A DNA stretch of 64,000 nucleotides from Macrostomum hystrix (GCA_950097015.1 CATNEN010000007.1:11532001-11596000); one strand, 5' to 3'. Numbered from the stretch's first letter, positions 48,458 to 60,591 are shown. The notes: generated from the sequence alone by a model not told the origin. Numbers and translations are program-made.

Positions 48458-51400
48458 CTGCACAGGTGTAGTTCACGAACAGGTACTTGTAGTTTTTCGG
48501 ACACGGATCGCCGCCGAAGTTGGAGTTGCTGGCCACGAAGCTGCAGCTGGTCCGGTTGTCGCATTGGTTCCGCACGAAGCTCTGAGAGTTCGGACTCCAG
48601 CAGTTGGTCATGCTGTTGGTGGTCTGAGTGCAGGAGGTTGAGAACTCCTGCGACTTGCCGAACATCGCGAAGGCCGTGCTGATGAAGCCGGATAAGCAGT
48701 TGAGGTCCGCGACCGCGTTCTCGCAGACCAGCAGTGATTGGACCGCTGCGGGGAAGTCACTTACGGCTGAATCATTTCTTGCTTATCCGATCTCCTCGCA
48801 CCAGTCTCCAGCTTCAACTTGGCGGATGTTCTCGCAATTATGTTGATTTCATTCTTATCAACTTTGATTCTTGCCCGTTAGCAACTTAGTGTAGTTTGAA
48901 CAGTCAAATACTCTCATGTCGCTATTAAAAGTAGCATGCGTTGCACGTACGCGTTTCGTTTTGATCGTGTTTGCCCGATTGCCCGAACCGAATGGCTTGA
49001 TGTGATGTGCTCCAGGGCTACTCAACTATGCTAACAAAAATGTTTGCCAGGTGTGTGCCGTGCTGCAGGGCGCATTCTAAAATGATGGCTTCCCAGAAAA
49101 AATCCTCACAATGAGCACCCAGAAATGACACAGCCGATAGTAGGCCTACTGTCAGTCAATGAAAAGTGCTCAGGCTTCATTGGCTAGTTTTGCTCATGCA
49201 GAGAGCACTCCATTGTGCTTGGTTCGCAGTGTTTCAGCGCTTCTGGTAGAGTTACCATAACCTTTGCGCATTGTTAAGGCAGTGAATGAGTTTGTGCTGA
49301 AATTAATTCAATAATCCGAGGGTCAATTCCCAATAGTTACCTGGAGACCGTAGGTACCATAGTACCACCAAACAGCACTCAACGTGCATATTGACTAATA
49401 TGGACAAGCCCTGCTTAGGCCTGTGAATGCCGCACTGGCGCGTTTAAAACCTTTTCCGATCTGATCCAGTTTGTGCAACATATCCGTTCCGGTCGGAATG
49501 GTACGCAGAGCTTACCATAGACTACCATAGACATTCCAGTCTGCTAGAATTTTGGAATGGGTCTAGAGGGCTTGAGAAAAGCAGCAGAAAAAATATCTTC
49601 ATGTGTGTATACTAACCAATGTACATAATGGCATCGGTATGCCACTGTAAAATCCGTCTATGGTCTGGGGTCTTGACCATAGAGTAGTTAGCTATCGAAA
49701 ATACTACATTGTAGTGTATATCACGATTTTTGTCTCACTACGCTGAGTACTCGCTGAGTACTTGCTGACTCGAGGAACTAATCTGACCTGCACTATCCGG
49801 TCCGATCGTGGTGTGCCGATTGAACTCAGGCAGTCGAATGTGCCGCCGAATGATGTTGGCTTCATGCGCAACGGCTCCGTGCTTGTAGCTAAAATAGTAG
49901 AGAGAAAAGAGAGCGGTCTGAAGACTCTGTACCTACTGGATACGAAGGAGGCGGCTTCCAGAGTGCCAGTCAGATCGACGCATCATCCGTGGTGGAGGAG
50001 AAGCCATCGTGCAGAAGTGCAGATCTGCATTGACCTACAACCGATGCATGGGCGGCGTTGACCGAATGGATGGTCACATGCAGCCCCATCAACCTGGCAG
50101 AAAAACCATGAAGTGGTTTCTGAAGCTTGGTCTGCACCTGTTCCTGCAAATGGTTCGGAATGCTTGGATTGTGTACTGTCGGTGTGCCGGGCGGAAGGTT
50201 TTTTCCAAGTTTCTGGAGGCCAGCATTCGCGAATTGGTGCAGTGCACTGGAGGGAGTAGAAAGCGACCGGCTGCTGTAACTCTGGCAGTCCAGGCAATCG
50301 GTCTGATCGGCCCGCACTTTCCAACAAAAATAACGGCTCGCGAGAGTCAACCGAGACCTACGAAGCGGTGCCGCGTCTGCTATCGAGCTGGAAGCAGCAA
50401 GCGTACAATCTACTGCTGCCCGGAGTGCCCAGGTGCGCCTGGTCTGTGCCTGGAAGGCTGCTTTCAAGAATGGCACGCCTAGTTGCAGTCTGGTTGATTA
50501 ACTACAAGCATTAAAAACTTAATATTATCGAATTGTTGCGAGACTAAATTAAATTCAACCATTTTAAACACGTTTTCAGTTTCAATTAGCTTAAAAAACT
50601 ATTGCCAGTATAATTATTATAACTCAACCAGTCTAATATAGCAGACTTTAACCAGTGTTATCTAGCATATTTTAACCTTTCACATAGCCTAATTCGATAT
50701 ATCCTAAAGCGTACTGCAACCTGTCTTGGAATACAAAAATGTAAAAATATTGTTGTATGGAGAATATACGAGTATGCTTGGGTAAGCCCTGCTTACCATG
50801 ACGACCGGAACGGATAAACATTTTTGGCCATAGACACTAATTTGCTTGCTTTGGGCCAGACGGGAATTGGTGTGTAAGTAGTGTGCGTGTGTGCTCAGGA
50901 ATCGGTAGAATGGCTTCTCGCTGGCTGCAGGTCGACTGTCACCAAATTGTGTACCATTGCCCACAGCCCTCCAGCAAATATTCTTATTATTCTTATTAAT
51001 ATTAGAACTCTAGCTCGGGTATGGGGTAGCATGAGTGTATTTTGTATTGCATGCGCATATTTCACAGGCAGAGATTTCAGCAATTGGGGTACGCTGTCTA
51101 TTTACATCTACTATGAAATGCAGAGCATATTTGTGGCTCTTCACACAGACGCCCGGGCCGGAAAGTCCGCGTGGCCTGTGTCTGAGTCTGAGTCGGGCAA
51201 CTCAGTTTCAACAAAGCAAACAACTTACTCTCAGACTCCGTGTGCAATGTGCACCAACCTCAAATAGATTGCATGGCCCATTTTCTCAATCGAGCTGTGG
51301 ATCCATGAAGCATTTACTCTGCTTCTCCTTGTCAACCACTATAACCCACCCGAGACAGCATCCAAAGCTACTTGGCTGAAGAAATGTTTGCAATGGAACA

Positions 51401-51729
51401 CTGACAAGCTTTTGGGTAGCAACTGAAAATTCCCCATCTCAGTGAAGTCTCCTTGCATTCATGAAAAAACTCCAAGCCTCGAAGCCTTGATATGGTCTTA
51501 AGGGGTGACTCGCGCCAAGATACATTGCCACGTATCCGCGTGTGTGCTCAGGATCTGCGGAATAGGCAGAATTGACTCCGCTGGCTACGGGTCCTCTGTC
51601 ACCAAATGAAGCGTCAGTGGCCGCAGTCCCCCTACAGATATCGCTATTAGGTGTGGTCTCACCTGCATCTCCAGTGCCCGCAGCGATAAGAGTGAGCACG
51701 AGTATAGCTGTGTGCCAGGGCGGAGTCAT
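48458..51729 (-). CDS. Secreted SUEL-type (rhamnose/D-galactoside-binding) lectin: signal-peptide exon 51729-51663 and domain exon 48745-48458; short last exon unresolved
   Basis: Domain exon has the 8-Cys SUEL pattern: VCE..L.C, AMFGK, C..C..VRNQC..R.SC, FGGDPCPKNYKYLFVNYTC. Phase 1-1 splice sites (ccccgcAG, G|GTGAGC). Upstream MTPPWHTAILVLTLIAAGTGDA ends at a phase-1 donor G|GTGAGA. The domain call is strong; the exon linkage is inferred. Confidence 0.82.
49483..50814 (+). mobile_element. TA-flanked element with 34-bp inverted repeats containing a piggyBac (PGBD4-like) transposase 3' remnant at 49762-50482
   Basis: TCTIRSDRG, YNRCMGGVDRMD, KWFLKL, NAWIVY, HFP and C-terminal CRVC..CPEC..LC..CF..WH, with a frameshift near 50000. 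Inverted repeats 49483-49516 and 50781-50814 match 30/34. Confidence 0.85.
50868..51004 (+). mobile_element. 3' part of a tRNA-derived SINE family copy
   Basis: GTGTGTGCTCAGGA..CTGTCACCAAATTGTG..CCATTGCCCACAGCCCTCCAGCAAATATT tail. Confidence 0.75.
51536..51648 (+). mobile_element. Diverged 3' part of a SINE family copy, in SUEL intron 1
   Basis: GTGTGTGCTCAGGA..CGCTGGCT..CTGTCACCAAAT..CCGCAGTCCCCCTACAGATAT. Confidence 0.65.
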
Positions 51730-52389
51730 CGCGTCGCGTCTGCAGACTTGGAGAAACTTTGTTCTCCGGCACTTTCCGCACAATTTCATCATCGACTAAG
51801 CTGGTATATTGATCGATGTCTCTGCTTTCATGCCATATGACTGGTCTCAGAGGTGCTCAGGTGTAGTGGACAGAGCAGCCAACGCGAACTCCCAGGCATC
51901 AATTTGCATTGGCCAATCTGATTCTGGTTGATTCTCTGCTGAGTTTCTGGCATTAGGCTAATTAATCTTATCTGGCCTCTCTACCAAATAAGAGGCCTTT
52001 GTCCATCGGACCAAGTAAAAAGCTAAGTAAGCTAGCTTTATAAAAAGAGAATAAGAACTACGGAACCAAACGTATGTTCTGTCGACGCTTTTTGTCCCAA
52101 TCGGACATTGTCGAGGTGTAAACGACGATGCTTTCCATTTTAGTAGAGCATAGAGACAAGCGAAATTATATGAAAGGTAAGCGAGCTTCTGACAATCGTT
52201 TTTGTGTTAAAAGGAATTCTGTTTGGACACTAGGAGTCAAACGGAATTCCGTGAGACTCATTAGGGGGCAAAAGGACCCATTTTGTCTCTTAAAAAGGAA
52301 GCTAACTCAAAGCCTTTCCAGTGCACTGTTTCAATTTAAAGTCGTTCGTGAATGTACCGACACAGAATATTAAGGTACATGTGCATCAC

Positions 52390-52737
52390 GGTGCTGAGTG
52401 CAGTGTGGTTAACGCGTTTGCCTCTCGCACCAAGGTCCCTGAGAACGATTCCGAGGCCGCATTAATCCGCGGAGAGAAGGCTTGGGGGCTTGTCGTGCAA
52501 TTTATCACCTTGAGCGCCAAACCTCAAAGGCAAAGTGAAAGTGTACACTGCCTGACGATGAGTCAGAAGTAGACGTCCTGTTTGAGTGTGTGCCTGCGTA
52601 CTGGTATCTGTGTGCATGTGTGCTCTGAGTCACCGGAACGGGCTGCGCGTCCACTGTCACCAAATTGTGAGCCATTGCCTGCAGCCCTCCTGCAGTTGTC
52701 ATTTTTATTTATGTTTATATTTATATTATTATTATTG
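52390..52737 (+). mobile_element. Near full-length tRNA-derived SINE (about 350 bp), reference copy of the local family
   Basis: tRNA-like head (A-box-like TGCAGTGTGG, B-box-like GAACGATTCC), central GTGTACACTGCCTGAC segment, conserved 3' body and (ATT)n tail. Confidence 0.75.
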
Positions 52738-53042
52738 GATGCGCATCACATACTTCAGACAGCATGTCGAGAAAAAAGACAAATAATCAAAGTTTCAATA
52801 ACCAAAAAAGTTTCTCTTGAAGACAAAAAGTTCTGCTTAAAGTTAAAAAAGGCGAAAGCCTGCGGTTTTTTTTGGTGAATCTTTAGAAAAAGTGTTTTAA
52901 GCAGTTTAAAGTCCAAAAGCAGGTTACTTACGGTGTGTACTTACTAGCGCATATGTATGATCGCAAAGTGATGTCAGGCACTCCAATCAGTGCACTCGAA
53001 GTACTTAGCAATTAGTGTGAAAAACTGCAACTGACTGGAGCA

Positions 53043-53090
53043 GCTCACCTCCGCAGGTGTAGTTCACGAACAGGTACTTGTAGTTGCCAG
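53043..53090 (-). pseudogene. Relic of a second SUEL lectin exon (3' end plus splice donor)
   Basis: GNYKYLFVNYTCG G|GTGAGC, nearly identical at the nucleotide level to 48452-48494. Confidence 0.85.
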
Positions 53091-54176
53091 AGTCATTATA
53101 TCTATTTATTATATCTGTAATAACCGTGGATGCAATTGCTTAGTCTATGGTCGGACTCACGACTTGGCGGTTCGCAATGTCTAATGAACTTTTGGATGCA
53201 GCTAAATTCACTGCCGAAAATAGCTAACGTACACTCTTCTAGCGACAGTACACTCTGCTTCTTAGTTCGGAAGTTAAACAACTAAAAGATAAGGTGACTT
53301 GGGATAGGCTAGTTAAGCCTATGCAAATAAATGAAGCTATTGTCAAAACGATGTCAATACAAGCATAAAAAAGGAAAAATTAATCTAGAAATGCACCATT
53401 AACATAATACACTAATGCATAATAGCTCGTACATATCCCCCGTAAAAAAGCACTAGAGATTTCCGTTTTAACTTTCAGGTAAAAGTGGTCTTCAAATATT
53501 TGGTATCGAAACTCGAGCTCTGCGTGCAGTTTAAACGTTGCTTTAATCGTCCTAGGGGACGCCCTTCACCACATGCGCTAATTTTAAGTATTAAATTCGT
53601 TCAGAAACTTGTGAGGTAAGTGCCGACAACAATAGCACTATGGACCTGGGTTGATGGTGTAGCATTGTGTCTGAGTGCTGCATTCGCTAAAATAAATATT
53701 GCTTTTAAGAATTTGTGTCTTAAAAGTGTCTTTCAGTCAGGGTTAGCCGTGACTCAGGTAAACAGGTTGGCAGCTCAGGCCAGTTAAATCCCACACAGCC
53801 GATCTATGTGGAATCAATGGATGGAATCAGTGGAACATAGCTTTTCCATGGCATTGAAATCCAGGAGCAAACAAAAAAGCAAAGCCGATTTCAGAAGGAA
53901 AGCGGCTCAGGTAAGATTCCTTGTCAACGCAAAGCAAGGAAGAAAACATTTTCGCTGCGACAAAAGCAACAGAAGAGCGCTTTGCATCCAGAATACTAAC
54001 TATACTACTAGCTCACAAAACAAGTAGTAAGGCAACGAAACAAAGCTAATGACGATTCAACCAATTGGACACAATGGGACACAAGCACCACTCTGCCTAA
54101 AAACAATAAAGAGGAGCTGAAAGTGCGCCTGAGCCGCCTCAAACCAGCTCAGCAATTACAGCAGTGCTCAGACAGC

Positions 54177-55297
54177 ATGGCTGCGGTGAGCAACAAACGG
54201 CGCCTCCTGCTGATGTTCTCTGCTGCCGTGGCAGCCGCAGCTGGTCTGGCAGCGGGCAGCCACAGCTTCCTGCGACCAACCGCCTGCGCTGCTGGCGCGA
54301 CCTCCGTGAACTCCAGCGGCGGTGTGCGAAGCCTCACAGAGTGCAGCCTCCGCTGCATCGACTTCAGTTGGTGTGCCGCACTGCTGATTGGACGGACCGG
54401 CTGCTGCGACTGCGCCCTGATCGACTGGGAGCTGTACTATGGCTCCTGGTTCGGCCATGGAGTCGTCTGTCCCAGCGGCTTGTTTGAGAAGGAGGCGTGT
54501 GAGTCGGACTCGCTCGTAAACAATGGATTTCATTGCAGCAGATAAGATGCTCGAAGTTTGAATACGAAGAATTTTTTTTTAATATTTCACCTATACAGGG
54601 CGTATCACGTACCAGGTATCAGGTATCAGGTAACAGGTATCAGGCATCAGGTGTCAGGTACCATCCGGTATCTTCAGGTATCATCAGGTATCAAGTATCA
54701 GGAAACATGTATTAGGTATGAGAAATCATGCATCCAGGTTACCGGCATCGTGTATCAGGTATCAGACATCGGATAATAAAGTACGGGAGATCAGCGAATC
54801 AACGCTTCTAAAAAGCAGATTAAATTTACGTTCTTTGGAAACTCCTCAGTGTTCAAATTTGTGAGTGACTTCTGACAAAATAATTTTCAGCCGTGGAGGT
54901 GCTGCCGTTCTCCAGCTGCGATCAGATCAGCATGAACTTCAACGCCTCTTGCGACAGAGCCATGGACGGCAGCACGCAGCAGATGTTCATCACCGGCTCG
55001 TGCTCGCACACTCCAGCAAACAACTACAACTGGTGGCGGGCCAGTTTGCCTGAGCGGGCCTTCATCGAGACCGTCGCCCTGTACAACCGTCAGGATTGCT
55101 GCCCAGAACGACTGAACAACTTCACCATCAGCATCGATGGCTCAGTGTTCGCCTATTACTTTTCTGCCAACGCGTTCTCGGTGAAGAACTTCAGCTGCGG
55201 TCGAGTCGGCCAGACGGTTCAGGTGGACCAGTACACAAGCGCCTACAATGTTCTGACCCTGTGCGAGGTGATGGTGTACGGCAGGCGTTTCCGATGA
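54177..55297 (+). CDS. Secreted PAN/apple-like + F-type (fucose-binding) lectin, copy 1; exons 54177-54498 and 54891-55297
   Basis: Hydrophobic signal segment, PAN-like SLTECSLRC..WCAAL..C, phase-1 GTGAGT/ttttcAG intron. F-lectin AMDG, exact H-X26-R-X-D-X4-R motif (SHT...NRQDCCPER) and LTLCEVMVYG. Confidence 0.92.
54610..54772. repeat. Degenerate (CAGGTAT)n array in the intron of lectin copy 1 (same array at 58558-58720 in copy 2)
   Basis: Directly visible. Confidence 0.85.
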
Positions 55298-55849
55298 GCA
55301 CTCATGATAACAATGAGCCTTTTACTATTTCATGCAATGAAATCTTATTGACAAGAGTCTAGAAACGAGCTTGTTGCAAGGGGCGTCTCTGACAACGGAA
55401 TTTGTTAACTGATCGCTTTTTCCTCCTCTTCTTGATTGATGTCAACGAACGGCTCTTCAGCCTGCAAACTGGGGAAGTTAGGACCTCTAATTTATGCCAA
55501 TTTGCAAGCGCAAGAAAATGCAGTTTGACAATGCTTCCTAGATGGAACAGAATCTGCAGAGTTTAACTACTCGCTTGATTAGGACGAAAGAAAACCGGAT
55601 TTTGCTTCTTTGCCAAAAAATTAAACAAAAGATTTTGCTGTACAGGTACTATTTATTGTTCATTTTTTATGCTATAATGCTAAAAGTGCACAGTACTGCC
55701 GCATTCGCAGGAAGAATACAAGAGCAATCTGCCCTGCCTTGTGTTTGTGCCTGCATACAGCGATAGCCTCGACAGTGATAACTGAATCGCTGAAGGTCAC
55801 ACCGAGCTCTCGGGGCTGTTTTAAGGTAATTTTCGATAAAAATTGTAGC

Positions 55850-56040
55850 ATAAAATTTGCAGGAGGGCTGTTAGCACTGGCACAAGACATGCTAACAGAA
55901 GAGGAGGGTTCCGCTGACTCCTGAGCACACACACACACAGATGCTGTAGGCAGGCACACGCTAACACAAGGTGTACATCTGCCCGGACTTTCTCATTGAA
56001 AGGCAGTGCACAGTCCCTGTGCCTTGTATGTTGGCCCTAA
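55850..56040 (-). mobile_element. 3' part of a SINE family copy
   Basis: Minus strand GTGCACTGCC..ATGAGAAAGTCCGGGCAGATGTACAC, GTGTGTGCTCAGGAGTC and ACAGCCCTCCTGCAAATT. Confidence 0.72.
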
Positions 56041-56261
56041 AATACGTAAATTTCATGACAAGCCCCCAAGCCTTCTCTCCGCTGCTGGAGTCCAAAAATG
56101 TGGCCTCACCGCGGAATCGAGCTTAAGGATCTTGTTGCGAGACGCAAACACGTTAGAGCGCTCTATGAAATGCTTATGCTGTAGTACAAGATGATAGTCT
56201 GAATCATTTATGGTTTTAAAAAAAAATTTTGTTATATTAAAACTAATATTACTGTTGTACC

Positions 56262-56795
56262 TGTGGTAGCGTGGCACACACAATTGATAAAATGACCAAG
56301 ACAGGGAACGCTAAGACTCAGATGGGGTTTTACCGGCACACTGATGCTTCCTAGCAGTGGAGCGACCGGGTAGTCAGGCTTGGGATCGCTAACTTCTCCC
56401 GCAAAGATGGGATCAGGGATCCCAAGTAATCTCGGACTTAGTGAAATTGCGTGTTTCTGTCTCTTAGACTGAACACAAGGTAGAGTTCTAAACTCCTAAC
56501 GAAACGCAAAACGCATTAATAAAATCTAGCCTAGGTGCTCGACAAGGGTGCTTGAAGTTAACTACAACGATGCAAACACCATCCCGTTTATTTTTTGGAC
56601 TGTGCTCTACTCATAGTAGGAGCATTTGAGCGATGTTCTGCCAGTCTTCTTCCGAACCGAAGCGATTGCACCATGGAGTGCAATGTGAGTCAGTGCGCAC
56701 ACAGAGCTGGAACGAGAGAGAGAAGGAGGGGGTGGCGAGTGGAAATGAGTGTGCACGGGTAACCGCAAACATCCCTACACCCGAGCCCTCCCACG
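56262..56795. mobile_element. Solo LTR (534 bp) with 5-bp TSD
   Basis: TGTGG...CCACG termini (one mismatch to CCACA). TSD GTACC at 56257-56261 and 56796-56800. The first 13 nt equal those of the LTR at 8889. Confidence 0.7.
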
Positions 56796-57514
56796 GTACC
56801 TAGACTGCTCTGACTGGAGGCTGCTCAGCATTATATATGTTTATTGCTGGTATTCTATTATATGCGATATAATATATATTCTATTTTATTATATTTTTTA
56901 AATCAAGCTCTCTATACTGAAAATAAGCTTCTTGTTCATAGGTTCCTGAGGACTACTGAGGCCATCCTTCGCTTCTTACATTTTACCTGGCACTAAGTAA
57001 TATACTCTCGCCGGTGGGGAACATTTTGGCGTGAAAATTAATTGCTAATTAAAGCATTTTCCAACACCTCTGTTAGTAGGAAGCAGGAGTGCTTTGGCGG
57101 GGAAGAGCAGCAGCGATGCTTTGACGCGGACGCGCTGTTGTGGCAAACAGTTCTGACGCATGGCCAATTCTTAAGCTTCTTTCAAGAATGCTTGTCAGCA
57201 AATTTACACAACGATTCACTAGCCAGCTGTGAATTAGCCAAGAAAAAGAAAAAATATGTTATTCTCGAATTTTATCAGATGTGACAAGACAAACTTAGTC
57301 AATGTTGAATACATCTTTCAGCACCCCTCTATCGGCTGGGGAGTGCAGAGGGCCATCAAGTCCCCAGAAAAACTCAGCATGCAAAACTGCACTTTGCAAA
57401 GAAGAATAATTCAAAGCCTTCTCATTGTCACAAATTGAAGCCTAAAAAAGCACAAGCAGCTAATCCTCATCTGTTAAAAGCTAAAGACTGGCATCTAGAG
57501 ATCCAGGAAGCTGA

Positions 57515-57581
57515 TTGAAATCGCCAGCTGTACACCATCACTTCGCACAGGGTCCGGACATTGTTGCTTCTCATGTACTGG
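57515..57581 (-). pseudogene. Inverted relic of an F-type lectin C-terminus
   Basis: Minus frame QYMRSNNVRTLCEVMVYSWRFQ versus QYTSAYNVLTLCEVMVYGRRFR (copies 1/3) and QNTRSNNILTLCDVMV (copy 2). Confidence 0.85.
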
Positions 57582-57639
57582 ACAGCAACGGAACAGGTAT
57601 AAGACTGGAAAGGAGAATGAAACAGGACAAGTCAAGGAC

Positions 57640-58075
57640 AGAAACGGGAAAGGGAACGGGACAGGAAGGGGACAGGAAGGGGACAGGAAGGGGACAGGAA
57701 GGGGACAGGAACGGGACAGGAACGGGACAGGAAGGGGACAGGAACGGGACAGGAAGGGGACAGGAACGGGACAGGAACGGGACAGGAACGGGACAGGAAG
57801 GGGACAGGAACGGGACAGGAAGGGGACAGGAACGGGACAGGAAGGGGACAGGAACGGGACAGGAACGGGACAGGAACGGGACAGGAAGGGGACAGGAACG
57901 GGACAGGAACCGGACAGGAAGGGGACAGGAACGGGACAGGAACGGGACAGGAACAGGACAGGAACGGGACAGATCAAAGAGAGCAACTGGACAGGAACGG
58001 GACAGGGCAAGGATAAAAACGGGACAGGGCAAGGATAAAAACGGGACAGGGCAGGGATAAAAACGGGACAGGAAA
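57640..58075. repeat. 11-bp (GGGACAGGAAC/G)n array
   Basis: Directly visible; followed by TGCGCACTGG as is the array ending at 45992. Confidence 0.95.
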
Positions 58076-58208
58076 AGGCGCACAATCGTGCGCACTGGCT
58101 CCTTCAACCCACCAGCGGGAAATCCGGGCAAGCGATGCGGCCCCAACTCAGCCGCATAAAATATGAATACGCCGCCTCCTGCGAGTAAATTTGCCTCCCC
58201 AAGGTATT

Positions 58209-59314
58209 CGCAGCTTCCTGCGACCAACCGCCTGCGCTGCTGGCGCGACCTCCGTGAACTCCAGCGGCGGTGTGCGAAGCCTCACAGAGTGCAGCCTCCG
58301 CTGCATCGACTTCAGTTGGTGTGCCGCACTGCTGATTGGACGGACCGGCTGCTGCGACTGCGCCCTGATCGACTGGGAGCTGTACTATGGCTCCTGGTTC
58401 GGCCATGGAGTCGTCTGTCCCAGCGGCTTGTTTGAGAAGGAGGCGTGTGAGTCGGACTCGCTCGTAAACAATGGATTTCATTGCAGCAGATAAGATGCTC
58501 GAAGTTTGAATACGAAGAATTTTTTTTTAATATTTCACCTATACAGGGCGTATCACGTACCAGGTATCAGGTATCAGGTAACAGGTATCAGGCATCAGGT
58601 GTCAGGTACCATCCGGTATCTTCAGGTATCATCAGGTATCAAGTATCAGGAAACATGTATTAGGTATGAGAAATCATGCATCCAGGTTACCGGCATCGTG
58701 TATCAGGTATCAGACATCGGATAATAAAGTACGGGAGATCAGCGAATCAACGCTTCTAAAAAGCAGATTAAATTTACGTTCTTTGGAAACTCCTCAGTGT
58801 TCAAATTTGTGAGTGACTTCTGACAAAATAATTTTCAGCCGTGGAGGTGCTGCCGTTCTCCAGCTGCGATCAGATCAGCATGAACTTCAACGCCTCTTGC
58901 GACAGAGCCATGGACGGCAGCACGCAGCAGATGTTCATCACCGGCTCGTGCTCGCACACTTCAGCAAGCAACTACAACTGGTGGCGGGCCAGTTTGCCCG
59001 ATCGGGCCTTCATCGAGACTGTCGCCCTGTACAACCGTCAGGACTGCTGCCCAGAACGACTGAACAATTTCACCATCAGCATCGATGGCTCAGTGTTCGC
59101 CTATTACTTTTCTGCCAACGCGTTCTCGGTGAAGAACTTCAGCTGCAGTCGAGTCGGCCAGACGGTTCAGGTGGATCAGAACACGAGGAGCAACAATATC
59201 CTGACCCTGTGCGATGTGATGGTGTCGATGAGAACAATGAATTTTCATATTAATTTGTGCTCGAAAATCTCGTTGATGAGGCCAAGAGTTTTATTCGGAA
59301 GGCGGCTTGTTTAA
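58209..59314 (+). pseudogene. PAN + F-type lectin copy 2, lacking start codon and signal peptide, with a different C-terminus; exons 58209-58446 and 58839-59314
   Basis: Near-identical to copy 1 from SFLRPTAC through the whole intron. Fucose motif intact. Diverges after QVDQ (NTRSNNILTLCDVMV). An alternative ATG at 58191 region is not supported (ORF start is TTG). Confidence 0.85.
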
Positions 59315-59702
59315 AGCGGCGATTTTGTTGACTGGGCTTCGTAACAGAACAAGAACTCCACAATGCCTCAGCAAGTAGTTTTCCATTGTCCCAGAAAGCT
59401 GTTGCATTTTTCACAAGCCTGATCGGATTGTTAACAGTGGCATTGTGAGTAGGCGCGCTTGCCTCGTTGTGCCTCTCGGTTAGGGAAAATTTTACTCAAG
59501 GATTATGTATCAGGAAGAAACACGATTTGGCTGGTTTCCCAGAAATGAAACAGGAAAGTTTTACCAGCAGCGGTTAATTTTATAATTTAAACAAATCAAT
59601 AGAACTGAATATTTCCTGGTCAAAAACGTCTACTTTTTATCTATATAATGTGAAAAATGTATGCCTAGTCACACCAAGAGTACAAATAAACTCAACGTAA
59701 GG

Positions 59703-59856
59703 CAAAGATTATAAATACCCTTAATATTATAAATTATAAGATTATAATATTATAAGATTATAAATAAATCTAATTATAAATTAGATTATAAATATAAAAG
59801 ATTATAGATAGTGATTATAAATAAGGCAAAGATTATACGGGTATTTATAATCTTTG
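59703..59856. mobile_element. AT-rich MITE, P-element-like termini
   Basis: TIR CAAAGATTATAAATACCC / GGGTATTTATAATCTTTG. TSD ACGTAAGG / CCGTAAGG (7/8). Confidence 0.75.
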
Positions 59857-60167
59857 CCGTAAGGCTAATTTATTTTTCAACCACATTTGCTGCATATTTT
59901 AATTGCAACTTAAAATTGTGGTAATAATGCCTTCGTGTCTCACGAGCCTAAAACGTTCCATAGACAGAGCAAATTTATGTGCAGTTTGATGTACACTCGG
60001 GCAGTTTGATGTGCCATTTTTTTCCATCTGTCGATCTAGCAGAAGAGATCATCGAATTTATCATTTGCATTTCGAGCAGTGATGCACTGACATGACCCTG
60101 GCGGGTGTTGGCCGCGTGAGAGGCCGCTGGTCGATGCAGATGTTGCTTTGAAACTTTTTTAAGTTTG

Positions 60168-60255
60168 ATGAGCCGATGAGATTCTGGGGGCAGAAGTCCT
60201 GCCCGCTGTACGCGGTCACGAAGTCAATCGAGGAGAGAGGGCTTGCAGAGGTCGG
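60168..60255 (-). pseudogene. Inverted, strongly diverged F-type lectin relic
   Basis: Minus frame IDFVTAYSGQDFCPQNLIG versus IETVALYNRQDCCPERLNN. Confidence 0.55.
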
Positions 60256-60550
60256 CTCCCGTGGAGCGTCTTGTTTCTTACGTCATTGATTGCACCTGGA
60301 AGACTGGACTGGATCCAGCAGCGCACGCAAGGTTTATTCATGCGATTGACGGCCTTGAGTTGAGAAACTAATTTATGTTTTTATTGAACTTTAGACCCCA
60401 AGCAGGCACGACGGCCTTGCTATTCAGAGTGGTTGAATAGCTGTGCCTCGGGAACGGGACAGGAAAGGGACAGGAACAGGACAGGAGCAAACCAGGAGCT
60501 TGCTTGAAAAAAATACGTATTACATGACAAAAAGAAGCCAATGACTTAGC

Positions 60551-60591
60551 CAAGGAAATCTAGATCTAGTTTTTAGATTTAGATCTCCTTG
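60551..60591. mobile_element. 41-bp hairpin micro-MITE with 7-bp TSD upstream of lectin copy 3
   Basis: CAAGGAAATCTAGATCTA / TAGATTTAGATCTCCTTG. TSD ACTTAGC at 60544-60550 and 60592-60598. Absent at the homologous site upstream of copy 1. Confidence 0.75.

Noticed and set aside
51439-51792. SINE exapted as coding sequence in a 117-aa secreted ORF
   Set aside because: A strong phase-1 donor at 51662 ends the exon before the SINE, so the SINE is most simply intronic.
52541-52585. Hammerhead ribozyme in the SINE (CTGACGATGAGTC..GACG), like schistosome Sm-alpha
   Set aside because: No correctly placed GAAA/UH core. Other copies show a simple hairpin instead.
54610-54772. CAG|GTAT array as a bank of alternative splice donors diversifying the lectin
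   Set aside because: An in-frame TAA at 54543-54545 precedes the array, so extended exons would be truncated.
45341-58227. Cys/Pro-rich ORFs (SRSCPAPVPLL, SRSCPVPVPFL) and their RDR-rich antisense ORFs
   Set aside because: Translation artefacts of the 11-bp arrays.
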